Positions 38,533 to 53,245 of a stretch of 64,000 nucleotides of DNA are shown here, one piece after another. The notes under the pieces were generated by a model. It ran no database searches. It saw nothing but the letters and a program-made list of their open reading frames with translations, and was not told the DNA's origin. The DNA lies in assembly GCF_036321535.1 (NCBI RefSeq), contig NC_087437.1, positions 112,346,001 through 112,410,000 on the forward strand, given 5' to 3'. Within the stretch, counting starts at the first letter, position 1; the number at the start of each line of letters is the position of its first letter. The DNA is from Camelus dromedarius (taxonomy: Eukaryota). The translations under genes and the position numbers were made by a program.

Positions 38533-39765
38533 TATCAGTTCCCTCTTGTTGCTGTAACAAATGACCACCGACTTAGTGCCTCAATACAGCACAAATTTCT
38601 TCGTGTCTGGAATCTTTGCTGTGAGCGCCTTTGCGATAGCTACCTTTATTGCAAGTATTTTCACTTCAAACATTTTCACTGCATAACTAAATGGGCCATA
38701 AAGGCAATTTTGCCACAAAAGATAAAATAACTGGTTGACAGTTTGGTTTGACAGTTTGGTTTCAGGTGGTTTGAAATGTGTTAGCATTTCTTCCAGTTAG
38801 TGAAATTATTGATGGCTTTATCCAGCTGACAGATAGCAATGATTTGCTCCAAGAATTGGTTTCTTATTTTGAAACATACCACCTTGGGAAAGAAAGAGGC
38901 CTAGAGGGCCGTGAAAGCACAAAGTTGAGCGAACATTTCCTATGGAGATGAGCATCTATCAATGGACCTGTGACAGTATGCCAAGAACACACAACAGTAC
39001 AGAGGCCCTCACAACACAGTACAAAGCTCGGTGACAAACATGTGACCCGTTGTGTGGAAACCAACTCCTCGCTTACTGAAAGAAGAAGTGTGAGACAAAT
39101 CAAGCAAAAAAAAAAAAAAGTGAAATTTGATGAACGAAAAACTTTGAAGACTAGTGCTTTGTAAAACCCACAAAATAAAATCAGGTATTTGCCCAGTATT
39201 GCCATGAATCTGTACACATTTTAAACATACTCAAATAGTTTTTATTTCACAGTGAAGTCTTTTAAATTTTGTCATTCATTTTTTCATGTTTCATCCTGTT
39301 CTTTTAATGTCTCTCTTTTATTTTTCATTATTTTACTTTTTACAGCTAAATTGCCTTACAGCCAGTTAGTTATTCAGTGAAAATGTTTGCAGTGAAAATG
39401 CTTGTGGCAAAGATGTCTATAGGAAAAAAAGCTTATGGCGAAAATACCTAGAACTAAATTGAGCATCTTACAGTCCTGGAGGTCAGCCGCCGCGTGCAGG
39501 TTTCACTGGGCTAAAATCAGGGTGTTGTAGAGATGGGTTCCTTTCTGAGGGTTCTAGGAGGAAAATCATTTCCTTGCCTTTTCCAGCTTCTAGAGAAACA
39601 TCCTTGAGATGACATTGGGTCCGCTCAGATATTCGAGGATAATCTCCTTGTTTTTAGGTCTTTGGATTAGGAACCTAAATTTCATCTGCAACTTGAACTC
39701 TCCTTTGCCGTGTGACCTAATGCGTTCACAGGACACAGACATCTTTGGGAGGCCACTGTTCTGCC
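38533..39765 (-). mobile_element. MLT1-type MaLR LTR interrupted by the MULE element
   Basis: tgttgctgtaacaaatgaccac...cacaaattt [insert] atcttacagtcctggaggtc...ttccttgccttttccagcttctaga...acatctttgggaggccactgttctgcct. Confidence 0.7.
38603..39454 (+). mobile_element. Non-autonomous Mutator-like (MULE/MuDR) DNA transposon remnant
   Basis: ~125 bp imperfect TIRs (38603-38730 and 39328-39454); internal decayed frames LAFLPVSEIIDGF...ELVSYFETYHLG and FPMEMSIY...PRTHNSTEA resemble the MULE transposase C-terminal half. Confidence 0.75.
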
Positions 39766-40593
39766 TATGACAGGGTCAGACCATTGAATACAGTGGTCAG
39801 CGTGGAGCTGGGCGCCCTGTTGGTGGTCACTGAAGGCAGGGTCTGGGTCACAGGTTGCTGCTCGCCACCTGCAGAAGCAGCCATCCATCAGGACACCCTG
39901 AAAGAGTCACGTCTTAAAAACCACACTGAGCAGCAGTGTCTGGCTTGCTTTTCATTCATGGTCCTGCATTTGCCACTCACTCCATCTCTGGGAGAGATGG
40001 TATCATTTCATTATTCATGGGGATACTGAGGCTCGGGTTGGGTCATGGCAGGATCCCGGGGCTCTCGGAGGCAGGATTCCAGCCAAAGCCCTTAGTCCAA
40101 AAACTCTCTTCTCGCAGAGCCCTTGTTAGCACCACTGACAGCAGGTGCTAGGGCCCTAGATATGCTGACTCTTCAGATCCATCCAGATAAGTCCACAGTC
40201 TAAAGCTGTACCCACCCCCTGCCCCAGCCTCTGAGACCAGAGAAAAAGGCAGGACTTACACTGGAAGCAAGGAAGGGAAAGAGAGCCCAAGCTTAGCGAG
40301 GGTTTCGAATGGACAAGTGCAACGCTGAGGACACAGAAATGGGCTCCGTGATCCCTAAAGGAGAGCTGGCTGCTGGGCTGCAGGCTACTCCTTCCCCAAA
40401 TCCTCTGCCAGGCACTGGGGGTGAAGCAGCCCCCGAATCCAGCCGCACCCCACCTTCCTGGAGCTCGCTGCTCAAGAGTCTGGAGGAGGCTTTTGATGAG
40501 CAGCTGCCTAGAGAGGAAGCAACCATGTGCTCACGCTGTTCCCAGCTCCGCATATAAAATCAACCCGCGTGTGCCTCTGACTCCTAACGACCC

Positions 40594-42260
<1,667 letters not shown>

Positions 42261-42272
42261 TAACAACCCTTT

Positions 42273-42415
42273 GAAGTCGCACTGTTTTCATTTCCATCTG
42301 CATATGAGACAGCCGAGGCACACAAAGGTGAAACAACTTGCCGAAAGTCCCGCACGGAGTGTGTGGCTTTGAACTCAGGCAGTTTAGTTCGGGAACCCAT
42401 GCTCCTCACCACCAG
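42273..42415. mobile_element. MIR fragment (host of the TUBA1A retrocopy)
   Basis: acaaccctttgaagt...ccgaggcacacaaaggtgaaacaacttgcc...tttgaactcaggcagt resembles the MIR core. Confidence 0.6.
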
Positions 42416-43061
42416 GGCGTATACCAAGGACCCAGGTGGTGGGAAAACCAGGAGACAAGCTAAGCAGGGATCGGGAGCCCCGTGCCCTGAGCTTTTTAGG
42501 CAGGAAACTGCTCTGTATGGTGGCACCTGAAGGGAGTGGGCAGGGAGGGGGAGCCATGGCACAGAGGGAAAGAAGGTTCCAGAGAAATGGAGCAGCAAGG
42601 TCAAGACGAGGTGGAAGTGTGCCCAGCGTTTCCCAGGAACAAGAAGGTGGCCACGGGAGGCGGGTCAGGGAGGGGCCTTCTGAGAGGCGCGGAGGGCCGG
42701 GTGTTAGTGAGTGGGCCGTCTCTCGGACTTGGCTGTGAAATCCACGGTTTCTAAGATGCATTTTCTTCTCTGAATGTGGTGAGACAGGGGATTCCGAGAA
42801 ACTCAAATACAAGAGCAAAACTGCAGGTCCCCTCTCCCCACCTAGGTAAAATGAAAGCTGAAGAAAGTGAAAGACTCATCTGGAGACTCCAATTCTTACC
42901 GAGAAGTCTTTCTTCGGGTACACGTGTCATTTGGGGGTGGAAGCCTTTCCTTCATCACTGGCCCCTTGGTGCACCCTTTCTCACCTCAATGTCTAGACTG
43001 GGGCGAGGGTGAAGGCAGAGGGAACTCCCGCTGGCTCCTCCCCGGAGATGGGGAGGGGGCA

Positions 43062-43500
43062 CTATGGCAGGCAGAATAATGGTCCCCAAAGATGTCCACG
43101 TCCTAATCCCCAGAACTTGTAACAGTGTTACCTTACGTGGCAAAAGGGATCTTGTCGTGGGGAGATGATCCTGGGGGTTGTTGGGCTCCGTGGGCCCCGT
43201 ATAGTGACAAATGTCCTTGGAAGATGGAAGAGGGAGGCAGAAGCATGAGGACTCTGCCCAGCATTGCTGGAGGAGGAGACCGCGAGGCAAAGAATGTGAG
43301 CGGCTTCTAAGGAAGGAAAAAGACAAGGACCCATTTCTCCCTTAGGGCTTCCAGGAGGAACAGAACCCTGCTGAGACCTTGACATTGGCCCAGTGAGACC
43401 TGTTTCAAACTTCTGATCTCTAGAACTGTAAGAGCATAAATCTGGGTTAAGACACTCCATTGGTGGTAATTTATTTCCGCATCAGTAGGAAACCATTAGA
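43062..43500 (+). mobile_element. MLT1-type MaLR LTR
   Basis: tatggcaggcagaataatggtccccaaagatgtccac...ttctgatctctagaactgtaag...tggtaatttatt. Confidence 0.75.
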
Positions 43501-44406
43501 CAGTAGAAGGAGGGCTCTGAGACACTTTGATGGGTGCTTACCCCTGGGGCCCTGCACAGCCCCTTCTGGAAGCAGATGTTTATCTCTTGGCTCAGTTTTG
43601 GGATCTGCTGGGCCATGACAGCCACGGTGTGTGGAATGGGCCTGCCCCGGAGACCAGCCTCCTGCCACCCTGTCTGTCTGCCTTTGACCCGGCTTCCACA
43701 AGGCCTGGTGTGAATGAGCAGGAGTGTCAAGTTAGCTGGTTGAATTAAGATCTGGAATGAAGGTCAGCCCAAGGTGGGAGCTGTGAAGACCATGGGTGTT
43801 GTGTAAAGGAACAAGCATAGCTAATGCCTCCTTCAGAAGAGGGGCGGCAGGCCGGGCCATCAGCCAGTGCAGGCACCCTTCTTTAAGACTGGATGCATTT
43901 ACTGAAAATGTGTGGTTTGGATTTCCTGCTTTGAATTCTGGAACAGCATGTTTTCAAACTTTCCTTTCCACCTCTGGGTGTTTCTCATTAATCTTTTAAT
44001 CTCAGAGAAAGTCTTATCATTACCCTCTGTTTTCTTACAAGAGGAAAGGCTTCTGTGCTTGCAGCCTCTAGCCCAACCCTGTAAACCAGCACCTGCTTGG
44101 GGCGGTTGAGATTGTGTCTTCCAGGTCACCCCGGGGAGGGAGATGCTGATTTTGGTGATGGTTCCCTGGGGAGCGTGTTATTTTGTTGTTTGTAGTTCTC
44201 AGACTTCAAAGTGCCTAAGAATCACCTGAGAAGCGGCTTGAACTTGCAGATTTCCTGGTGGGAGGTGGGGCCTGGGACTCTGCATTTTAACTAGCACATC
44301 AGTGATGGTGATGCTGGGGTCCTTGAGAAGCGTGGCAACTCTGATGAAGCCTAGAAGATAAGTCCTGACCCTCCCAGATGCTTCTGGGCTTGGCACGCCT
44401 GGCTCA

Positions 44407-44432
44407 GTGTGTGTGTGTGTGTGTGTGTGTGT
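44407..44432 (+). repeat. (TG)n microsatellite
   Basis: gtgtgtgt run of ~13 units. Confidence 0.95.
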
Positions 44433-44883
44433 AGGATTACCCATGAACTCCCTTGGTACTAAGCCTGGGGCTAATGCATGTCCGTTGTCCACCAATTTAA
44501 TCCTCCCTCAACCTTCTGCAGATTCCTAAAGAGGGAACTGAGATCCGGTCTATTAAATTACCTGCACTTACTAAAGGTAGGCCAGGTGTTTTGGTTCCAC
44601 CAGACTCCATGCCCAGGACCCTTTCATAAGAACTGGAGCCCGCAGCTGGAAAGGCAGCCTCAAGCCCCTCTTTTTCCCACAGTCTGTGTCAGTGGTGCTG
44701 TCTTCAGTCAGAGGCTAAAGGGGTGGGGAGACGTGCTAGGGAGAAAGGGTAATTCCAAAAACCGAGGCGAATGAACAGTTTGGTAGAGTGCATTTGAATA
44801 TTTTTGTAATTGATTTCTCTCCTCTTGACCCTCCCTTTCTCTCCCGCCTCTTCCCTCTGCTCTCATTCTCTGCCCCTTCCCAG

Positions 44884-45016
44884 ACTCCCTTTCCCAGCTG
44901 CCTGCTCCTCGAAACCTGAAGGTCTACCTGTACAACACGCAGCAGGCTCTGAGCTGGGAGCCGGTGACCCTGAGCAATGACTTGAGACCGGTGGTCTACC
45001 AGGTGCAGCATCAGTA
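44884..45016 (+). CDS. IFNGR2: IFNGR2 exon 2
   Basis: Long polypyrimidine tract + CAG acceptor; (D)SLSQLPAPRNLKVYLYNTQQALSWEPVTLSNDLRPVVYQVQHQ(Y); donor TA|GTAAGC; 133 nt. Confidence 0.96.
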
Positions 45017-48000
45017 GTAAGCGACCTTTCTGTCCGCCTCCTTCCTGGGTGTGGAGGTGGGGTGGAGGGTGGGTTGTTATGGGATCTGAGGCCAACTGCT
45101 TTGTCTTGCTCTTGGCGGGATTGTAAGCAAATCCATGGGAAGCAGATACTTATCTTGTATTTTTAAAATCTCCAAGGACAGAGATTTCACAACCTCCCAC
45201 TCGTCTGAAGGCTGCGAGGATGCTGGCCATCAGAGAGCCCAGCTGTCTAAACACAGGGCTTCTTAGTTTGGTGCAAGTCGATTTTCTTATTGGTTTCAGG
45301 AAAAAGGTTGTATAAAAGGGCTTCCTGTCTTGAAAGGGCAGGAGGCATCTTTTAGCCTTCTAGGCCACGTCTGGCCTAATAGGGCTTTTATTCATTTAAT
45401 GAACAACTAATTCTCAGTTTCTAAACTGGTGTTCCATTTTGCATTTTATTCTGGTCCCTTGTTCTGTCTCTCCCCTTTTCAAGCTTTTTTACAGTTGGCC
45501 ATCAGTCAATTTGCAGTCTAGTCACATGTAGAAAGAAGAAAGGTAACGTCCAAGTCCTTGTGTACCTTGTTAAAGGTGTTAATTGTAGACTAAGTAAAAA
45601 TAATTGGCTAAGTCATTTTCAGATTACTGAAGAAACAAAATTAAGAGACATGGGAATGCTCGGTACTTGTGAGAACGTGGCTGGTGGACACAGGGCTGGA
45701 TCAGGGTCTATTATTAGCACAGCCCTCTAGGAAAATAATTCAACTATTTATTTAGAGTCATGGGAATGTCCACATTAGTTTTACCCTAAGCAGATAATAC
45801 AACCCACCATCAGGAAATATGAAACTTAATTCATGGGGCTATACCTCACAATGTCTGTTCATGTCCATCAGTGGGAAGGTAGCAAATTGTGTCAAGTTAA
45901 CTTGTGGTTGAACCCTTAGGCAACCTCTAAAAAGGATAATTATGTGTCATCTGACAGCAGTTGCAACTGTCTACAGTTTGGAATGTATCTGTGGTCAAGA
46001 ACAGGTAGAGAATTTGGAAAAATCACAGGCAGGTAATTTGCTAGAGGAGTACATTTCCAGACGACTTCTCTTTCACCTTTCAGTGTCCATTGTAACAATA
46101 TTTGTGTAGTAAGCATAGATTCTAAATTGGGATTTGAGGCCCATCTCTGAATCACATTTAGCTATTTCTTCAGTGATTGTAAATTACCAACATGATCATC
46201 TATAATCAATGGACCAGTCCACGAGAACCAGCTACATAATTTGTGGGGGCCAGTGCAAAACGAAAATGCAGGGCCCCTTGTTCAAAAAGTGTTGGGGATT
46301 TCAGGATGGCAACAGCAGAGCTTCAGATCAGCTGCTCTCTCCTAGGAGTACTGCTTTGTGCACTGCACAGGTCACATGCCCGTGAAGCTTGTCCTACTCG
46401 GCATTTAGTGAATATGGTCTCCTGGAACTAAACAAGATTTCAGTATGAGGAAGTCATGGCTGATTTATTGACGAGCATCCCTTAGCCTTGGCCAGGGAAA
46501 TACATTTGTGGGTTGACTGAGTACCTCTAAATATTAGAAATATTTGCTAAAAGCCTTTGACAGTTGCACATCACAGACCAACTTCACTTTGTTTTCTACT
46601 TGGAAAGCATTCTGTGGACAATTTTTCACGATAGAAGTTGGTTTTAGTAAAAAGAAACAAAGAGATGGGTTGAATGTGAGTGTCTCTGTTTGCAAAAGCT
46701 GAAGGTGTCCCTGAAAACTCAAACCAGGGCTGATTTTGTTTTTTCCAATTGCAGATTTGATCAAAAAGGGCCTTTGCTTTTTGTTTATTTGTTTTTAGAT
46801 ACATTTTACATGTTTAGGACATCTTAGTTGCAGTAAAGAATTTAATTTTGAGGCTCATGAGACTTAAAACTTTCCCTCCTGTTTCTGTCCAGTAAAGCGT
46901 TGCTATAATCATAAATGAAGGTGCCTCTGTTTTTTGATAGCCACAACAGCAAAGCCAAAAGTATGCAGAGCACTTTGTGGGAAAATTTAAAGTTTAAATC
47001 AGAGGTTGCAGTTACTGTGGCCTACAGGCTGTGTTTGGCCCACAGTCTTTAAATTTTTTTCCCCCAATTCACGCCAACATTTTAAAATCTGGAGATTTCA
47101 CTTAAGGAGAAAAGGACCCAGTTTCGGGTTTTTCTTGAAAACAAAGACAAGCAGACAGCGGGACTTTTTCTTGGTCACATCCTACTTGGGCTGCTGCCAG
47201 GCAAAGACCTGCCCAGCCCAGTCTTCTCAGGGTATTTTTTTTTTAATTTCATTTTTTTCTAATTTTAATAGCAATACATGTTCTTTACATAAAATCTGGA
47301 AAACCCAAAAAAGTAAAAAGAATAAAATGTAAACAACCTGGTGTCCAAGAAAAATCACTATTCTCATTTTAGTGTGTTTCTCTGTAGACTTTTTTTCTAA
47401 ACGCATGTACTTGTTTGCAAATGTGCCAGTGTGTGTACGAGACTAAAACAAAACCCAGATGACTCTTCTGGGCCTGCTTCCTCTTTTTTTTTTTTTTCCC
47501 TTTAACTTGATGTAGTTAAGTGTGTGACATTTTTTCATGTGATTCTTTCTGTGTGAACATTTTTATCCCATGTTTTGTTATGTGATGTATCAGACGTGAT
47601 TTTTGTAACTTTTCCCCACTCCCGGGTGGTGTAGATAGTTGACAGTTTGTGACTGTTGGAAGTAATGTCCTTGAACATAAATCAGCCCCGATTGTTTTCT
47701 TACATTTCTGGAAGATGGCTTGCTGGGTTCAGCAGGGACAAACTTACTTAATCATTTTTAGAAGTGATGTAACAGAGGCAGGGCAGCAGCCCCGGAGTTT
47801 AGCAAATATTTACTGGGTGCTTTCTAGGCCCCAGGCCCTGGCCTAGGCACTTTCCTGGTGTCCCCTGGTTCAGCCTTCATGACAAACAGACTCAGATGCC
47901 ATCGTTTATCCCCATTTTATAGATAAGGAGACTGAGGAACAGAGAACCCTGGTGGTCTGGCTCCAGAGTCCTTGTGTTTAATCACTATGCTCCCTCTTGT

Positions 48001-49169
48001 GATGAGGTTGCTTTCAAAATTAGATAAATTCAGGGACAGAGGCAGTCCCTATGAGTCCATTGCTGGGAGCCAGGACCACCTGCTGAGTGAAGCTCAGGCG
48101 GGCTGATTTGACTTACGCAGGGCAAGAGGCTGGGGTCTGCGGATGGGCATGTGAGGCTGTGTTCGTGTCATTATTCACCTAAGGGACCCACAGCACCTTA
48201 TTTTCGCCCTTTGCAAATTGATTGGAGGCAGCATTCCAGAATGCCACTTCCCCACAAACTGCTGACCTGCATGTGCCAGCTGTCATTTACATTTGGATGG
48301 CTTGTGCCCTTTTAAACCCTGTTTTTGAGAAACAGTTTTAAGAAGTGGTTCTGAGAAAGGGGCAGGTTTGGAGGAGAGGGGAGGAGGCAGAACACAGGTG
48401 GTGAGTTCCCTGGCGAATCAGGGAGGGGGCCCTTTGCCCCGGTTCAACAGCTGGAATCGGCCGGGAGGAGGTTAGAGTGCCTTTAAGTATCTGTATAACT
48501 TAAAAAAAAATCACCTTCCCCCTTCTGAGGCACACCCCCCAGTCTGAGAAGGGGTGCCTGCGGTTGGGGTCCCTCTCCCCATTAAGGTCTGTGAGCCCAG
48601 GGCTTGGTGGTGTGCTGGTAGGACAGGCACCTTCTGTGGAAGCCCTGGCCACACGTCTTGATGGCTTTCATCTTGTCAGTCACTGTTTTAATAGAAGGTA
48701 AGCCTCCAGTCAAGGTCAGAAGTACACTTAGAAGTCCATGTGGTGTGTGAAAGCCAGTGGCCGTGACCCCTAGCCTCATCTAACTTCTGTCTCCCCTGGC
48801 CTGCTTTCTAGGCCAGAGTTGCTGTCCAGAACATGGCCTGTCCCTAGAGGGGACGCTGCCTGCTGCTCCCCACTGAGGTGTCTAGAGCCACCTCCCTGCC
48901 TTTTCTCAAGTCTGTCACCTAAGGACAGAGCTCCGAGTTGGGGGTTAGAATCCCATGTGAGAATGAGGAGCTGGGACTCTGGGGAGTACATTCTCACTTA
49001 CAAGGATGCATGGCCTTATATTTGGCAGGGTCTTCATGTGGGCAACCCTTTCTTTAAATGAGCGGCTTTGGGGTAAAAACAAACCCTGCACTAGCTGGAA
49101 GCAAGAGTGTGATTTGTATGAACACAATCTAAGACGTAGGCTGCAGAGGCCAAGTTTGGAGCATGCAAA

Positions 49170-50220
49170 TCAGTTGTAGGACAGAATGGGAGGAAATATT
49201 TGCCAGCTATAGATCTGGTGAGGGACTTGTATCCAGAATATATAAAGGTGGGGAGGGTATAGCTCAAGTGGTAGAGTGCATGCTTAGCATGCACGAGGTC
49301 CTGGGTTCAGTCCCCAGTACCTCCTCTAAAACTAAACCGAATTACCTCCCCTGCAAAGAAAAAAAAATTTATACAGAATATATAAAGAACTCTTACAACT
49401 CAACAATTAAAAGACACATGACCCAGTAAAAATATAGACAAAGGATTTGGGTAGACATTTCTCCAAAGAAAGTATTCAGATAGCTAATAAGTATATGAAA
49501 CACACTCAACATCATTAGTTATCAGGAAAAATATAGCCACTAGGATGGGTCTAATAAAAAGACATAATAACAAGTGTTGGGGAGGATACGGAGAAACTGG
49601 AACCCTCATACATTGTGGATGGGAATGTAAAATGGTGCAGCTGCTTTGGAAAATAGTGAAAAACAGAGTTACCATTTGACCCAGCAATTCCACTCCTAGA
49701 TATATAGACCCTAGAAAACTGAAAACACATGTTCACACAAAAACTTTCATGTGGATATTCTTAGCATTATTCACCATAGCGAAAAAGTGGAGACAGCCCA
49801 CATGTTCATCAACAGATGAATGAATAAACAAAATGTGGTGTGTACGCACACGGGACATTATTTGGCCATAAAAAGGGATGCAGTGCTGACACGTGCTACA
49901 ATGTATCATGCTTGAAAACATACTGAGACAGGCTAAGTGAAGGGTGCTGATCACAGAAGGCCACGTCGTTTACAATACCATTTGTATGAAATGTCCATAA
50001 CAGGCAAATCCATAGAAACGGAAAGTAGATTAATGGAAGAGTAGGGCTTTGGGGGGTTGGGGGGAAATGGAGAGTGACTGCTAATAGGTATGGGGGTTCT
50101 TTTGGGAGTGATAAAAGTCTAAAATGGATTGTGGTGATGATTGCACAGCACTGAATATACTGAAATTGTACACTTTAAATGGGTGAATTTTGTGGTATGT
50201 GAATTATATCTCAATTTTTA
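49170..50220 (+). mobile_element. Older LINE-1 3' fragment
   Basis: agaatgggaggaaatatttgc...ccatttgacccagcaattccactcctag...ttgtggtgatgattgcacagc. Confidence 0.8.
49248..49373 (+). mobile_element. tRNA-derived SINE (Vic-1-like) inserted into an L1
   Basis: A box tagctcaagtgg, B box ggttcagtccc; TSD cagaatatataaag at 49234-49247 and 49374-49387. Confidence 0.88.
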
Positions 50221-50235
50221 AAAATCCTTTTATCA

Positions 50236-50385
50236 GGGGAGGGATTAGCTCAGTGGTAGAGGGCACGCCTAGCATACACAAGGTCCCGAGTTCAATCCCC
50301 AGTACCTCCATTAAAGATACATTTTTTTAAAAAAAGAAAAGAATACCTAATTACCACCCTCTCCAAAAAAAAAAGGGAAAAAAAT
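50236..50385 (+). mobile_element. tRNA-derived SINE (Vic-1-like)
   Basis: ggggagggattagctcagtggtagag...gagttcaatccccagtacctcca + cctaattacc tail. Confidence 0.85.
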
Positions 50386-50409
50386 CATTTCAAAAGCTCA
50401 GCTCTTGGC

Positions 50410-51283
50410 ATACAATAGGCACATAAAAAATGCTTGATATGCTAATTAGCAGAGAAATGCAAATCAAAACAACAGTGAGGTACCGCCTCACACCAGTCAG
50501 AATGGCCGTCATTAAAAAGTCCACAAACAATAAATACTGCAGCGGGTGTGGAGAAAAATGAACCCTCATACGCTGTTGGTGGGAAGGCAGTTTGGTGCAG
50601 CCATTATGGAAAACAGTATGGAGACTCCTTTAAAAACTAAAAATTGACTTACCATATGATCCAGCAGTCCCACTCCTGGGCATATATCCAGAGGAAACTC
50701 TAATTTGAAAAGACACCTGCACCCCAGTGTTCACAGCAGCACTATTTACAGTAGCCAAGACATGGAAACAACCTAAATGTCCATTGACTGATGACTGGAT
50801 AAAGAAGTTGTAGTTTATTTATACAATGGAATACTACTCAGCCATAGAAAAGAATGAAATAATGCCATTTGCAGCAACATAGATAGACCTGGAGATTGTC
50901 ATACTAAGTGAAGTAAGCCAGAAAGAGAAGAATACCATGTTGCTATCACTTATATGTAGAATCTAAAAAAAAGACAAATGAACTTACTTACAAAACAGAA
51001 ACAGACTCACAGATACAGAAAACAAACTTATCGTTACTGGTGGAGGGGAAGGGATAAATTGGGAGTTTGAGATTTGCAGGTACGAACGACTATATATAAA
51101 ATAGATAAACAAGTTTATACTGCAGAGCCCAGGGAACTATATCAATATCTTGTAGTAACCTATGATGAAAAAGAATATGAAAAGGAATGTATGTTCATGT
51201 ATGACTGAAACATTACACTGTACACCAGAAATTGACACAACCTTATAAACTGACTATACTTCAATAAAAAAGAAAAAAAAAAA
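50410..51283 (+). mobile_element. 5'-truncated LINE-1 with poly(A) and TSD
   Basis: ORF2 C-terminus + 3' UTR, aataaa at 51263 and A tail; ctcagctct repeated at ~50397 and ~51284. Confidence 0.88.
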
Positions 51284-51356
51284 CTCAGCTCTGGGGAAAC
51301 TTCTTTACGATCGAAGTGAGAATTCTGTGAAATGAAATTCTTTCTTTCCTTTGCAG

Positions 51357-51565
51357 CAATCCCAGTAGTAACTGGTACGACGTCAACAAAGAAAACAGTA
51401 AGGTGGACTGTACAAACATCATTGTGCCAAAGTGTGTCTTTTCCACAAACAACCTCTCAGAGGGTTTCCCCCCGAGTTTCAACATCTCTTTACGTGTTCA
51501 AGCTAAGCTGGCAGGCCTCGTTTCTGATTGGGTGATGGCGCCTTGGTTCCAACACTATCGGAATG
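51357..51565 (+). CDS. IFNGR2: IFNGR2 exon 3
   Basis: tttcctttgcag acceptor; NPSSNWYDVNKENSKVDCTNIIVPKCVFSTNNLSEGFPPSFNISLRVQAKLAGLVSDWVMAPWFQHYRN; donor G|GTAAGA; 209 nt. Confidence 0.96.
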
Positions 51566-51854
51566 GTAAGAGAACTTGGGCATCAACTTCCTTTATCGTT
51601 TCCAGGGTTTTTTCACTTTCCCCTGCACTCAGCAGTCTGACTCTGTGCACCTGACTCCTGCCTGTCACCCTGAATAACCAGCAAACAGGTGGGTATGATG
51701 GTCAAACTCAGGTACTAACTGCGATGGCTGGTGCTTGAGGAGGGTGACTTGCTAGACCAGAGGGTTGCCAAACCACAGCCTGTGGCCAAATCCAGCCCAT
51801 CAACCTGTTTTTGTAGATAAAGTAGATAAAGTTTATCAGAAAAAAAGATGTCAA

Positions 51855-52330
51855 TATATACAGTGGAATATTATTTGGCCATAAAAAAGAATAAAATAAT
51901 TGCCATTTGCAGCAACATGGATGGGCCTGGAGATTGCCATACTAAGTGAAGTCAGACAGAGAAAGACAAATATATCTATCACTTATATGTAGAATCTTAA
52001 AAAAAAAATGATACAAATGAACTTATTTACAAAACAGAAGCAGACTCACAGACATAGGAAACAAACTTATGGTTACCAAAAGGGAAATGGAGGAGGGATA
52101 AATTAGGAGCTTGGGATTAACAGATACACATTACTATATAGGAAATAGATAAACAACAAGGACTTAATGGTATGGCACAGGGAACTATATTCAATAACTC
52201 ATAATAATCTATAATGGAAAAGAATCTGAAAAAGAATATGTGTATATACATATATAGATACCTGAATGACTTTGCTGTACATCTGAAACTAACTTTGTAA
52301 ATCAACTCTACCTCAATTGAAAAAAAAATT
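51855..52330 (+). mobile_element. LINE-1 3' end inside a MER58-like element
   Basis: gccatttgcagcaacatggatg...gcacagggaactatattcaa; flanked by cagcctgtggccaaatccagcc...gctaacctctg. Confidence 0.75.
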
Positions 52331-53111
52331 TTATCGGAATGCAGTTTCCCCATCTCTTCATGTATTTCTTGTCTGTGGCCGCTTCCGTGCTACAGCAGGT
52401 GAGTTGAGTAGTTGCAAAAAGGTCTTTCTGGCCTGTAGAGCCTACATTTACTTTGGCATTTTAATGAAAAAAATTTGCTAACCTCTGTGCTAGGGGGGTT
52501 ACTAGGCTACTGGCTTCACTGATCACCCTTCCCTGGCACTAATTCTTTTATGTTCAAGACAGACTTTAATTCAGCCTTAAACAGTGCCTGACGCATGGCA
52601 GATATTCAGTAAACACTTGTTGAATGATTGAATGAACACACGTGTGCTCCCAGATATTGGAAGGGGGCATAAGACTCACCTGATACTAGTTTATACATGT
52701 GTTTTCTCAGTGGTTCATTTTCCGCATGGCCAGCTGAGCCTCATGTTTCCTCAGTGTCTATGCAAACACAAAGTATGGAACGTCTTGGGAATCTGTTTCA
52801 AACTAGACAAAGGTGTAAGACAATTGAGGAAAGGTGATCACAGTCTAGATATTTTGTGATATATTAAGCAATTGTTGTTTGTTTATTTTAGGTGTTATAG
52901 TGGTATTTTGTTTACTTTTTTTTAAAGGAGAGATCAGATCTTTTCAAGATACGTACTGAAGTATTTACACATTTACACATATTTGCAATGATGTCATGTC
53001 TGAGATTTGTTCAGAATAATCCAGAGGTGGGGAGGGGCAAGGACAAGGTGGATGGGCACAGGAGAAACAAAACTGGCTGTGACTTGATGGTTGATTTAAA
53101 GTTGGGTGATG

Positions 53112-53245
53112 GGTGGGTATAGCTTAGTGCTAGAGCACATGCTTAGCATGCATGAGGTCCTGGGTTCAATCCCCAGTACCTCCATTAAAAATAAGATAAA
53201 TAAACCTAATTATCTACCAAAAAATAATAAAAAGTATAATAAAAT
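53112..53245 (+). mobile_element. tRNA-derived SINE (Vic-1-like)
   Basis: gggtatagcttagtgctagagcacatgcttagcatgcatgaggtcctgggttcaatccccagtacctcca. Confidence 0.85.

Noticed and set aside
49248..49330. tRNA gene-like sequence with A and B boxes (also 28087, 50236, 53112)
   Set aside because: Multiple diverged copies with A-rich tails, one with a clear TSD: SINEs, not tRNAs
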